Position numbers and translations under genes: made by a program
Shown: positions 50,001 to 63,087 of the stretch, piece by piece
Numbering within the stretch: position 1 is the first letter of the stretch
How the letters are laid out: each line of letters begins with the position of its first letter
Notes under the pieces: model-generated
Database searches by the model: none
What the model saw: only the letters and a program-made list of their open reading frames with translations
Told to the model about the DNA's origin: nothing
NCBI GenBank assembly: GCA_964035545.1
Contig: OZ037772.1
Span: 12,832,818-12,896,817, forward strand
Direction: 5' to 3'
DNA length: 64,000 nucleotides
From: Bugula neritina
Lineage: Eukaryota > Animalia > Bryozoa

Positions 50001-53000
50001 ATGGTAAGCCTCAAGCCTGAACCTATTGAAGGTGGGCTGTTTGAAAGAAAGGGGCATATTCTCATGGTTGCTGTAGATACTGGGACTCATAAAGCTTGCT
50101 TGTCTTCTGAGTGACTTCTACCTGTTAGAACTGGTGTTACAATCATCTACCTCCATCTTGTTTAATGAGTGTAGAGTAGAGTATAGTTCACTGAGTGGGC
50201 CATAGATTAAACTCTATGCTGATAACATGGCATGTCAAATTTCTTTATCTATGTATGATTCATGAAATCTTTTAAAAAGTCCATTTTGTCAGAAGTTTAT
50301 TGCACCCTCCCCTCTTTAACACCATAAGAGATTTTTAGGTTGCAGGTTTCTTTCTGTTTCATCTCAGCATAAGTTGGAAAGTTTGAGAACCAACACAGCT
50401 GAGTGGGGAGTTTCAATGCTCTCACTCTGACAACCAGTAAGCCTCTTGTGTTATAGCATCTGTGAGGGTATAAGAGGGTATTGAATGAATACCCAACCCT
50501 CTTTTGTTACTAGAAATCTGATTACATAATCACAGCATTGAATAATGCTCTGTATGCAGCTGTGAGGAATGTTTAAGTTGTTTAAATGTTTTGAATTTAC
50601 TATTTGATTGCTGGTCTCTGCCATGTTATGTTGAGATGTTATGTTGAGATGTAGTTAACCCTAGCAAGTGTTGAAGTGAGGTAAAGGACAATGTCCTAGC
50701 ATAGCTATGCCCTCATCAGCTCTAACTACTAGAACCTAAGTATTCTCTCAGATGAAATGGAGTGCATCTTAGCATGACATCTGTGTTGGTTTCTAGGAAT
50801 CGCTGCTGGGGCGTAACCATGGTAACCCTCTTTAATCTGTTATAATTGGATTTCACACTTGATTGGGTAAAAAGTTGTTTGTAGAAGGAGTTGAAGCTTG
50901 CTGACATCATTGTAGACTGTGAATCAGGAAACTTAGCTCAGGTTTCTGACATATTGAGGATCTAAACTGTGAAATAATTTAGTCCTCAGAGTGTACTTGG
51001 ACCATAGGCTATAGAGAAGTTGATGTTGTAACATGTTGCATTATTCTATGTATATAAATCAACTTACTAGACTGAGTTCCAACTTCTTACTGGACAGTAC
51101 TGGTAGGGGGGCTGCTTATGCTCCTCGCAACACATGAACACTAGCCAGGTCCTCAGGTTGAGGAAGGAAATATGAATATGCTGTAATATCAAGATTTGGC
51201 TGGTTGAGAAAAATTAATTAGTTACAAAACATAAATTAGCATAATGTTGGTTTGAGCAATTCACACAGCTACTTGGCATAATGAGATAGACATATTGGTA
51301 TTATTATGAGATAGAAATGAAATGTTGTTACGTAATACAGCACATAATATAGACATAATCCTATAACCAATAATATAACTTATATTACAACATGGTTCAG
51401 CTATAACAGCTTGTCTATATTTACACAAAGGGGGAGGCCAGATGGGAGAATAGAGGGGGGCAGATGGGGGGGCAAGATGGGAGAAGAGCGGGTGATTCAC
51501 AGAACATTCTAGAAGGTCAATGTCAGCATGCACTGGCTGAGAGTGACATCGGGGTGACACGTAAACATCGCCTCAACTGTGTTTATAAATTCTTGAAATA
51601 TTTATGATTGAAGTTCAAAGTCAACTCTATGTACGAAAGGCTTCGAATACTGAGACAGGTTAAGGGTGACATATTTGTGTATCTGTTAGACAGACAACTC
51701 CCAAGTATTCAGTGTTGTAAAGATGATATCAACAGAATATAGTAGTTAGAACCCAGCACTGTAACCTTCTCAGTGTTAGGAGACTGGCCACAATGTAACC
51801 CCTACATTACTAGTTACTAGAAGGAATTCTTATGATCAAAGAGAAATATAGAGGGTGCTGGTACAGCTATTTGAGAATTCTAGCCTGTCTGTCTGTGTGT
51901 CTGATATAGATGTCTGTATCTACACTGCCATTCCACAATAACAGTACACTGTTTAAAGTTTGCATCTTCTGTATAAATATCAAAAGCTAACAGTTTTAAT
52001 CCACAATCCTGATATATTACAGTTGTTTAGGCTGTGTGTCTGTCTGTCTGTGCCTAAGCTGGTGGGCGGAGCCAATATTCAAATTATTAGCTGTATTTCA
52101 CTGATGAATTTTTATTTAAAAAATCAAATCGTTTATAATCCAACCAATTAGATGTCTTGAATCCACCATCTTGTTTGCTATACAGGTAGCCTTAGAACCA
52201 TGTGAGCAAACACAGTTTACGGGTGAACTGTAGAATGTGAAGCTAAGCAGCATTCCTCTAATTAGAGTGCATTCTGAGTCATAAAGCTGCCAGCATATTG
52301 GCATCACTTGTCGTCACTAACTGAAACATTAGTTCAGGATATTTATTGGAGTTTTCCTCCCACTAGTCAACTTAGAGAGAGAACAGACAACTCTCAAGTG
52401 TCGTGTATTTTTACTTTACAGGAGTTATCCTATCAATTGCCCTTCTGCTCACTTCACACTCCTATATTGGAGATCCCATAGACTGTTTTGAGCCTGCAGA
52501 ATTTGAAGATCAGTGGGTTGAGTATATGGACAATATCTGTTGGGTAAGTGGCGTTTGTACCAGACTATTTGCATATTAACATCAGTTCTTAGTATTAGTA
52601 TCAGTTATTAGTATTAGTATTAACATTAGTTATTAGTATTAGCATTAGTCTTACTCTTAAATAATCATGTCAAATTTTAGTAGTGACTAATTTGTTTACT
52701 CATATTTGAGGGAATTATTTACCAAAGAATTTACAGATCTGCTTTAATAAATTGAAAATGTGATGCAATACAAATAAAACTGGAATTGTCTTACCACTAA
52801 AAGAATTTGTCACCTATATAATTGACCTATTTTAGAGATACAACTCCACGATATATATCTGTCTATGTTCCACGATATTTCTCTCTGTGTTGCAGGTTTC
52901 CAACACGTATTATGTGCCCCTCAACCAGTCTATCCCCGACCCCGCCCTTGATTTGCCCCACAAACAGGAGTTGCAGTACTACCAGTGGGTGCCCATCATC

Positions 53001-55130
53001 CTCACTATACAGGCTTTCTTCTTCATGATTCCAGGTAAGGGTTTAGAATTCTATTCATTGCTTATGAGTTCCAATGGCTGAATTCTTTTTATGACTTTGA
53101 TTTTCAAACCAAACACATTTATAGCCAGAGTTTTTCTAATTCAGGCCCTAACTTTCCATTTTTTTCATAGAAATGTAACTTTGTGAAAAAGTTCATAGAC
53201 GAACAGAACAGCAGTTTGAGAAAACAAAACCCGTAGCTAGAAGCTTTTGTATCTGTCTGTGTGTCCAACATGTTTGTGATGTCTGTCTTTGTGTCTAACA
53301 TGTTTGTGATGTCTGTCTGTGTGTCTAACATGTTGGTGATGTCCGTCTGCGTGTCTAACATGTTTGTGATGTTTTTTAGGACTGTTCTGGAATGCGGTGG
53401 CGGAAGGTTCTGGATACAACATCAAGGAGATCGTGCAGACGTGCAAAGGGGCGGAGTCTCTGAACCCTGAGACTCGAGACGAGACGATAACCTACCTGGT
53501 CAACAACATGGTGCGCTTCATCAAATACAGGAAACCGTATAAAAAGGTGAGGCTGTCAACTATAGAGTTGGTTTATTCATTTCTTCCGAATCGAATGATA
53601 TTCGCCGTGTATCATATGTTGAACCATGACTTCCTGTTTGTAGCGGAGAATGCCGATTGGGAAGAGATACGGCAAGTTCGTCTTCCTGATGTATATGGTT
53701 ACTAAACTACTCTACATAGGAAATGCTGTAGGACAGATCTATCTACTGGACGTATTCCTTGGTAAGGGTCAAGGTCATAGTTAGATCTCACGCTCTTTCT
53801 ACTATACAATACTAATCTTCTACTACGCAATACTTGACTAGAAACTAAATTGAAATTAATGTAATGCTCTTAAGCGCGTGGGAGTGCAATAAATATTATT
53901 TCAAAACTACATTACCGAAAGCAGAAAAGACGAAATATTAAAGAAAATCTCATCATAGGTTTTTTAGACTTGGTTAATTTTTTTAAACCTGTGTGTATGT
54001 TTATCTAGGTAACCTGTCTGTTTGTCTGTGCAGGTAACGGTTACACACTCTACGGCTGGCAAGCTCTAAAGGACCTGACGAAGGCGTGGGATTGGCAGAC
54101 GTCTCCCATGTTTCCCAGAATCACTTTGTGTTCCTTTGAGATCCGCAAACTTGGTCAGAATATTCACCGCTACACCGTACAGTGTCTGCTCTCTGTCAAT
54201 CTCTTCAATGAGAAGGTAACTCTATATACTATGCTAGCTCTTCAGTGAGAAGGTAATTCTATATAATATGCTAGCCCTTCAATGAGAAGGTAACTCTATA
54301 TAATATGCTAGCTCTTCAGTGAGAAGATAACTCCCTTCACATGGCTGTTTCTCTTTGCAGGCGTTCATCATCCTCTGGTGGTGGCTGGTCTACGTAGCTG
54401 CTATGTCTATCTTTGGGCTGATAGTTTGGGTGGCTACTGCCTCCTCCCCGTACTCTCAGAAAGCGTATGTCAAGAAGTATCTCAAGATTATGGGGCGCCG
54501 CAATAATGATGAGGTCAGATAATATGCTCTCTTACGCAGTATTTAGTTGCTTCTACTGGCTCTTGTATAACTTTAAGAAATTAACTTTTCATGTTTGAGA
54601 AGGAGACAACTTCAAATTTCTACAATTGCCTAATAATGGTACTAAAACTTTATATAATTATAATATATAAGTGTATAATATAATATACTATATTATAATA
54701 TATAAGTGTATAATATAATATAATATATAAAAGTATGATATAATCTGCTATATTGTAATATAGAAATACGTCTGTAAAGTTGAGTTTCCTTTCATACAGG
54801 ATGTTAGCGAGTTTGTGAACGACTTCCTGAGAACAGACGGCGTGTTCACGCTGAGACAGATAGCCAAGAACACAAATGATGCCATCGTAGGAGAGGTATG
54901 AGAATATATCCTATACTAAAGTATGTTACGTAGTAGTAGGAGTCTTTTGACCTTGAACCAGTGACCCTGAACTCGCACATGAAACTTGAAGCTGCATAAA
55001 TCAATCTAATCGGTAGGCATAAGCTTCTGACTTTTAGCCTGAGATTCTGTTGCAGGTGACAGCAGCGTTGTGGGACAAGTATGTGGACAGCCTGAAAGCC
55101 AGGCCAATTGAAGAGGAGAGTTCACCATGA
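47077..55130 (+). CDS. inx: Innexin, paralog 2; 9 coding exons, 384 aa
   Basis: Exons 47077-47179 (MVLSDLIGALREGSQLISNRDDDMYDRLSNRWSIG, not in the ORF track), 52422-52543, 52896-53034, 53380-53546, 53644-53761, 54034-54215, 54361-54513, 54800-54895, 55056-55130. All introns GT-AG; total 1155 nt, open frame. Motifs: YIGDPIDC, MDNICW, NTYYVP, YYQWVPIIL, FPRITLC, RYTVQCLLSVNLFNEK, FLRTDGVF. Confidence 0.96.
47158..48346 (+). repeat. 34-bp minisatellite x35 duplicating the last 22 nt of innexin 2 coding exon 1 and its GTGAGT donor
   Basis: Unit cttagcaacaggtggtctataggtgagtgtgaca. First donor at 47180, last at 48336, exactly 34 x 34 nt apart. Confidence 0.95.
53249..53372 (+). repeat. 30-bp minisatellite x4 containing CTAAC, upstream of innexin 2 exon 4
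   Basis: Unit gtctgtctgtgtgtctaacatgtttgtgat, AG-free. Acceptor AG at 53378-53379. Confidence 0.9.
54201..54333 (+). repeat. 37-bp repeat x3.6 duplicating the end of innexin 2 exon 6 and its donor
   Basis: Unit ctcttcaatgagaag|gtaactctatatactatgctag at 54201, 54238, 54275, 54312. The last copy has GT changed to AT. Confidence 0.9.
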
Positions 55131-56588
55131 GACTGTCTTCTGGTTAACTTGAGTTCATAGTGAATAGATTTTCTACAGATTTCACCTGCTCTGATAGTCA
55201 CTTAGTTCATATGCACATAAATATCACCTCTACAGTGACCTTCAAGGTCACTACGACTTTGTCCCAAGACTCACCTTGACCTGTATAGTAGCTGACTGCA
55301 GTATAACTCTATAGTATGAATATTAGTCCATTGTCTTCACATTATTCTGTTTTTAAAATCTTATTTTATTGGGAAAGCTTATTTTTCTACTAGGAAAGAA
55401 AAGCTTTGTAAGCTTTCAGTATATTATATTTGGAGACAGCTTTGGAATACCCACGACATGTAATCATTATGCAATATTATATACCATTGTTATAGGCTTT
55501 GCTAAACTAATATCTGTTGTCTTATTCCATGACTTGTATTGAATCTACCGATAATTTGGAAACTACTAAGTCTTCTGTCACTTGTATTTCCTAGCACTAC
55601 TCTTACTTCATTTATTGCTATATTTTCATACTCAATGTAAAGTATTACACTTTGCAAAATAAATGACTAAATGTGTCATGAAATAATTGCCGATTATTGT
55701 ATTTTAATAAAATATAAGTACAGTTCCTTTAAAATATTTATTTATTGTATTATAATAAAATAGAACATAAGCACAATGTCTTTACGATCTGATAGTTTAC
55801 AACTTCTAAAGAAAACTTCTGTACAAGGATTGGCAACTGAGATTCAATGCTCCAACGAGAGACGTTAAAAATATAATAAAGTAATTATATAATAATATAA
55901 TAAAAATAAAATAAGATTTTAATAAATATTCTGTCCTACTAAAAGCTTCTTCAATCAACTAATAGAAATGAAAATCAAACGGTTGAGTAGTTGAAACTGG
56001 TTGGCTTTGGCAAATTGTGAACTGAAAACTATCACATCACGAAAGATTCTAGGTGAAAGCATCACATATGAGATATAAAATTATTAGCACAAAATATATC
56101 AGGTATTTCTTAGCTCAATTATGATTGGATAAGGTAAACTTAGCTTGAAGCTGATTGGCTAAAATATTATATATAGATGCGGAGATTCTCAAAAATAAAA
56201 GATAAAACAATCTTATATAAGAAAATAGATTACTTGGTATCGAAAACACCTTCGTCAGAAAATAAAACGGAATTAAAATGTTAGTTTGATGAAATCTAAT
56301 TTAGCAGAGAAAAAAGAAACACAAATAATTCTGACTTATGAAAAACATTTACTAAGTTTTGCTTTGGGAGAATTAAAGTAAAACATAACATGTGTGACTT
56401 AGCTACAGCAAGTAATGTGTCACCTATTCACAGGTTGCTGAGTTGTCCCTTCTTGAGTTGGAATCCATCTACACCCAAGGTAAGCATGCAGCAGCTTGTT
56501 TTGACATCATCAAACTCTCAATGACCTCTTGCAAGGTTAAATAGTAGATAGAGGTCACATAGAGGTGAGGGATGAAGAAAGGTGAATG

Positions 56589-56783
56589 TCATACAGTTTC
56601 ACAGTCATCCTCCACCGGGATCTTCTCTTTAGTCAACTCTGTGGACTCGCTTTGTTTACCGAGGGGGTCGCCATGGAGATATTCACTGCAGAATTTGCAC
56701 AGCACGTATAAACAGGAAACTGCAAAAGTTCCTCCGAGAATGATTCCCAGTCCGATGAATATGAAGAGGTTGATGTCGGCCAT
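56589..56783 (-). CDS. 64-aa single-pass transmembrane microprotein with C-terminal class I PDZ-binding motif (ETV)
   Basis: ORF MADINLFIFIGLGIILGGTFAVSCLYVLCKFCSEYLHGDPLGKQSESTELTKEKIPVEDDCETV*. Strong start context CAAC-ATG-G. Upstream acceptor (ctaat...ttttctcctc...ccag, AG at 56810-56809). About 23-aa hydrophobic segment, juxtamembrane Cys, acidic tail. Minus-strand AATAAA near 55741-55746. Confidence 0.7.
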   Translation of the reverse strand: MADINLFIFIGLGIILGGTFAVSCLYVLCKFCSEYLHGDPLGKQSESTELTKEKIPVEDDCETV

Positions 56784-56896
56784 GTTGAACAGGTGGTGCT
56801 GCCGTCGACTGGAATGTTTTCATTGAGGAGAAAATTAGATGCAGAAGCCTTCCTGTGCAGAATCAACTCTGCTGAAACTGGGTGTGTGAGACGGAG

Positions 56897-57004
56897 ATCT
56901 GGTAGCTGAGGAGAGAATCTGGTAGCTGAGGAGAGAATCTGGTAGCTGGAGAGAGAATCTGGTAGCTGAGGAGAGAATCTGGTAACTGAGGAGAGAATCT
57001 GGTA
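56897..57004 (+). repeat. 20-bp minisatellite x5
   Basis: Unit atctggtagctgaggagaga, just upstream of the microprotein exon acceptor. Confidence 0.85.
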
Positions 57005-58448
57005 CAGAGTCTGTAGCACAGCTCAATTACTGTCTGCCTTCATAACATCTAATTTCTTTTTTAGTCTGAAATACAAAAAGTATCCTCATAGTGACTGTAA
57101 GTTTGAACTAAGGTTAGAGAACAATCTGGAAAGAACAAAATTAATACTAAAATACTGAAATTAAAGAATAGAAACATCTTCAAAACTAAAATAGAAAGCA
57201 AACGACACACAGACAAGACCCTTGCAGGCTGGCAGCACGCACATGCTAGTTGTTGACCTTTAAGGCAGCATTACTTGTAAGAGTCAGCATATATAGCCAG
57301 TCACCTTAGCAGGCTAAACTGCTGCTGCGTAATGACTCAACTGAGTGTTTATTTTACTACATAATGCCATTGACAGCACAGTCTGATGCCGACAGCACTT
57401 TCTACCCTTCATAATGACATGTTTTTCTTATTGAATGGTCTAACAATTGGCACAAAACATGATAAGATCGAAATTTGACTATTGCCATGCTGATGCAGCA
57501 TTGTGAATAGCAAGGCTTGTTATATCATAACGCTATACACATGAGTGTTTAGTGTGTGCTTATTGAATTTAGTTGTTTAGCAGTTCCTTTGAGTATTTCA
57601 TAATCAGTTTACTCTAGCGTGAGTATTCCGCTATTCATAAAAAGATTATGAATAGCGGCAGTGGAAAAAAGTTTATTCAATGTAATGAAATGCAAATATA
57701 GTTACGTATGCGATGAATAGAGGTTACAGGGAGCTGGATATTAGTTCATTGTTTATATGAGCTTGTAATTTACTAGCTCTGATGGTATTCACCTATACAG
57801 TTACCCTGATCAATCATTCACCTTCAATTCAAGTTACGTCTTACAGCACATCTACTAGCAAACTCCATGCTATTAAATAAATTAGCAGAGTTTTCATTAT
57901 TATACCTGAAATTTTTCTAGAGTTAGAGCACTTTTTAAAATAACAGTTAGTGCAAAATAAAAAATAAAAAATATATAGCAGTTTTCGAACCAGATTATCA
58001 TTTGTGGTGCTTTACTAGTGAAAACTTTGTCTGGGTGTTTATTTATGACAAGAGAAGACAATAACTCTCAGTAGTTTGCAACACCTGGTGAAGCTAAGCT
58101 GCCAGTTTTTTATTACATAATCACAACGTTTACTTTGGGAGCATTACTATATGCTGACATTGCAGAGGTCATTAGTTGTTATGATGCTGTCACCATAGCA
58201 ACTGGTAAATACTACCACTCTTACATAATGGTTAATGTGATGGTACAATATTGATTCTGTGAGACACGAGAGCTCATGTAAACATTACAGCTCAGAGCAC
58301 TTGTTGCCTGGTGTCTAATAATTATATGATATACATCTATCTGCGTGTGATTAGAGCATGTTATGCAAAGTAGAAGGCTTTTCATGTTTCCTCACTTCAG
58401 TACTATATTGATTATCTTCTCCATCACCAGTTACCTATAGACAGCATT

Positions 58449-58470
58449 AGCAGCAGCAGCAACAACAACC

Positions 58471-58528
<58 letters not shown>
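58449..58528 (+). repeat. (CAG)n trinucleotide microsatellite
   Basis: Interrupted CAG/CAA run; no convincing flanking exon. Confidence 0.9.
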
Positions 58529-58531
<3 letters not shown>

Positions 58532-60107
58532 AGGTGTCACCATGTACTTCAACATGGCAATTGTAACTGAGAGCTGCTAACAGCCATCTAGGTAGTGTGA
58601 CCATTACAGTCTATGGCAGGTGTAAGCAGGTGTCACCACTGAGTAGTATCATGTGTCATACTAATTGTTGCTACTTAGATGGCTGTTTATGTGTCATTCC
58701 ACATGTGAATACTGTAGGCAAGCGCTACACTATGACACTTTTGAGAGTTGTTATGACTGGCACCTCTAGATGTCATCACACCTTTGAAAGCTACACCCAT
58801 GACTTGTGACACTTCTAAGCAGTGCTTGCACTTGTTACTGGCCACTTAACACTAACATATACGGATATTAAGCGGATTACCTTTATCTGTGCTACAAGTC
58901 TAACCAGAGCTTTTAGTTGTAGTCATAACTCTATCATGTTCCATTTTAAAGTGCACAAGCCATGATCAAGTAATTTCAGTTACTTTCTAGTGTCAGTAAT
59001 AAAATAATGTATAATTGTTTACTGTTGTCAGCTAGTAATAAAAATAATAATAATGCTCATATTTTGTGAAAAGTTGAAATTAATTTAAATTTTTTGAATA
59101 TAAGAAGTTGTAATGCTTCCAGTATAGGACTGAGGAGCTTTATGAAATCATATACATTAGCAAAATTTTAGCAAAAGTATAGCGAGTGGATTACATCCTT
59201 TTAGAGAAAAGCAAGTCATTCCTCCTAACTTTATCAGTGTTTTTACTAAACTGGAAAGTTAGACGCGCAGGCTATACACTTCTCTAGGAGGCAGAAAGCT
59301 AGTAGAATTAACATAGTACTCTGAGAGTTAATTAGAGGTGCCAATTCTATACAAGAAATACTCTGTTAAGGTAAAGGCTAGAAAAACATCAAAAGAAAAC
59401 ATTTATCATTTCTTTAAAATGAAAAATAAACTGATAACTTTGTAATAAAATAAAATTCTTAAAGTAACTCAAAAGCCCAGTATATTGCACTTAGGTGTGC
59501 TAGTGGAAAACTATATTTGTATTAACTCTTATAGACAATAATATTTTACCTCATTTTACCTCAGGTTTTAATCACAAAATTTCCTTTTTTAAAATTAAAA
59601 GATTTTTCCATATTTCATTCTAAAGCTAACACATTAATATTCCAGTGAGTAAACGTATTATGTAATAATAGATATAATATAATAAAATACATAATATGTA
59701 ATATACACATCAGCTACTACAACATATAAAGTTATATACTATTATACAGAGTCTAGTGACTAATATAACTCTAAGTTAGAATAGAAGATATTCTGCTGCA
59801 CTCTCTTACCATCTCAGGCAGCACACAACCACTGAAGTGAGAGCCTCCTTGTGGCAGCATCTACTCGCTGCCTCTCAACTGATTACGGCAGCAAATTAAA
59901 CATTACACATAAAAACCCAATAGACTAATGACCTCGCAAACTAATTAGTACGTCAGCACGGGTGCCCAATAGCCCTCCCTTACAAAGCATGTCATTGTTA
60001 CTCAGTCTAAGATTAATATTCAGTTCTTCAATGCATGTATTGATTTTAATAAACAATATTCAATATAAGCTGGCAGTGTTATACAGTGCAGCAGCCATTA
60101 CATGTAA

Positions 60108-60402
60108 ACTACAGTATATATACCATACAGTATACTACATACTACAGTATTATATACCATACAGTATATTACATACTACAGTATATATACTATACAGTAT
60201 ACTACATACTACAGTATTATATACCATACAGTATATTACATACTACAGTATATATACTATACAGTATATTACATACTACAGTGTATATACCATACAGTAT
60301 ATTACATACTACAGTATATATGCCATACAGTATATTACATACTACAGTATATTACATACTATACAGTATATATACTATACAGCATACAGCATTACATACT
60401 AT
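60108..60402 (+). repeat. tacagtat-based compound minisatellite
   Basis: Alternating tacagtatattacatac / tacagtatatatac units. Confidence 0.85.
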
Positions 60403-61353
60403 GGTGTTGTATACTACAATAAAATGATAAATACCATCAAGGTACACATCTGTGATCACTGTTTAAATAATTTAAAACTTAGCGTAGTTCTCAAAGCATA
60501 TGCTAGTGCGTGGGAAAAACTGAGTTTCTGCCTCCACTGCTTAAATTCCCTCTAGACTCAGGTTTTTGCTTTAGTGGGAGATTATCTCCCTTGGCATATG
60601 ATATTGAACTGTTGGCTAAAACATGCACTATTCTGAAACTCATCACATTTAATGGTGTGAATACAAAAATACTTTGGATTGGTTCAAAGCTAAGAGGAGC
60701 TGTTTGAAATAGCAGTGCTTGTTTTAATTGTTAGAACTTGATATATAACTATTCATAACTATTCATAATATAACATATACTATATATCAGATTATATATT
60801 TTATTTATAAAATATATTATAATGTATTATATGATATATTGTGAGCGTATAGTATTATAGATAACAATGAATTACGTTGACATATTGAACTCAAATAATC
60901 AGAAATATAAGCAAGACTATAACTAATAAAATGTAGCTAAATAGACATGGAACACATAACTTGGCACTAATCCAATTCCTAGTGTAACTCTCACCTATAG
61001 TTTGGGTCAACAGCCTCACCACCCCTACTAAGTGCAACACTAGTTCATTGTTTAGCCTAATTAACTTGGGAGGTGAACGGCTGACCCTGATGCCGTTAAA
61101 CTGGCAGCAGCTGCAATTGTTTATTAATATTTAGAATTAATATAACTTAGCTAGAGCTTGCCCTCTCTCCTCACCCTCCTTCCCCTCTCCCCTTCTCTTG
61201 TACACAACACAGTTCTAATGGCTCATTCCTCCAATACTTTATACCCAAAACAAACTTCCTTTACTCTACTCATTACAGGTTAGCCAATTCCTTTAGTCAA
61301 ATAGAGATCATGCTTTCAAGACTTGCCAAGAACCGTGGCTATAGAAAGGATAA

Positions 61354-61508
61354 GAGAGATGCTAGAGAGATGCTAGAGAGATGCTAGAGAGATGCTAAAG
61401 AGATGCTAGAGAGATGCTAGAGAGATGCTAAAGAGATGCTAGAGAGATGCTAGAGAGATGCTAAAGAGATGCTAGAGAAATGCTAGAGAAATGCTAGAGA
61501 AATGCTAT
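61354..61508 (+). repeat. 11-bp tandem repeat (gagagatgcta)n, about 14 copies
   Basis: Direct reading of the sequence. Confidence 0.9.
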
Positions 61509-63087
61509 AGCTAAGCTAGCTGCTAGAGATAGCTGTATGAAAGGGTAGATCAGAGGGTAGAGAGAGAAGCTAATTATTGGGCTCCTAATTAGTAGAGAGT
61601 AAAGAACTTGTAAACAGTATACTGATCCATCAGGTTACATAATAACTATTATACTGTGTAATGAGAACCATGATTAAGGTGCTAAGGGTGCTGACCTCAG
61701 TGGCAGCAGCAAATAAAGCAGCAGGCAGCAGCAGCAATATTGTAATAATAAAAACTCGGTTCACTGCTTATCAAGGGCAGAAAACTTACCTAAACCAGTA
61801 GTATATATTAGACAGTAGGTAAAGGAAACAGTAATATATTAGACAGTAGGTAAAGGAAACAGCAGTATATATTAGACAGTAGGTAAAGGTTTTCCTATAT
61901 GTTAAAGGGCATTATGAGCAGTCTATAACTCTGCCACTATATATTGCCCAATACATCACACACTATAATTACTTCTCTATATTTCTAATTATAGTAACAC
62001 ATTATTAATACTTATATATTTTAATAACTCTACAACTCATCAACAGCTGTTTGTTTGTGATGTCATAGACTTTGTTTGTGATGTCATAGAGCTGCCAGCA
62101 TCACCCTGCTGCCTCTGATGACGTCATGACACTTAAGACTGTTCCCTTGTGCACATATTGCAGGGTAAAGCATTCAACTTAGTCACCCCAGCCGTGTATT
62201 CAAGTCACATAAACTACGGGAGCTTAAACCCTCACCCCACCCCAACTGCTAAATAGACTGAGGCTAGAGCTAAGGAATCCTGCATACATTACATAATCTT
62301 GTTAATTACTAGCGGGTTACGTGCAAACACACCTAGTGCAGGGAGCAGATAACTTCTATACACATATATACTGTATAATCCACATAATAATCTGAAACTT
62401 TATGGCGCTTTAGAAGCTCTACAAAAAGCCGCTCAGTGTTTACATCATAGGATGGAAATAGTTGTAGATCTGGTAGTTGTCTACCCAGCTGGAATACCTA
62501 TGAAGCTCATTGCCTTTTATTATATTAGCTATATTATAAATGAACATGTGCTTCGTGCTTGTTTATTCTCTTATAACAAAAATTATTGACTACCTAAGGC
62601 TGCCACTACCAGCGGACAGCGTGGCATCAACTGCTATTATTAGCTGACAGCATAAGATTTGCAGTGTATACTCACAGCTGACTACAACATTGTGATATCC
62701 AGGATCTCTCTTACGTAATTACTAACCCAATTAGTATCAGGTAATTAGAATCTCCCAATATAAACATATCAAAGCTGCTGTTATTAGACTACTCAGTACT
62801 AAAATACTTCCCTTTCTACCAGCTGAATGCAGCTGAGAAGGTATTTTAGACACAGGAATCTTGTGAGAGCCTCCAGTGGTAGGGCACGCTGTTGACCGTG
62901 TCTCAAACCAATCTGGAAAAATTTACTGAGTAACTATAAATGGATGTTACATGCAACTAACATAGTGGGCTTTAAACAGTTTCTTAAAATATCCAAAAGT
63001 GATCTGCTAAAACCTAATTTAGTTATAAATATTCTAATTCAACTGCTGCACCACGCCTATACACAAGAATCACAAATAGAATGTATC

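Noticed and set aside
56633-57026. YQILSSATRFS repeat ORFs
   Set aside because: Translations of the 20-bp minisatellite upstream of the real acceptor.
58449-58528. Polyglutamine-coding exon
   Set aside because: No convincing ORF or splice sites around the CAG run.
59962-60555. 197-aa Tyr/Ile-rich ORF
   Set aside because: Derived from a tandem repeat.
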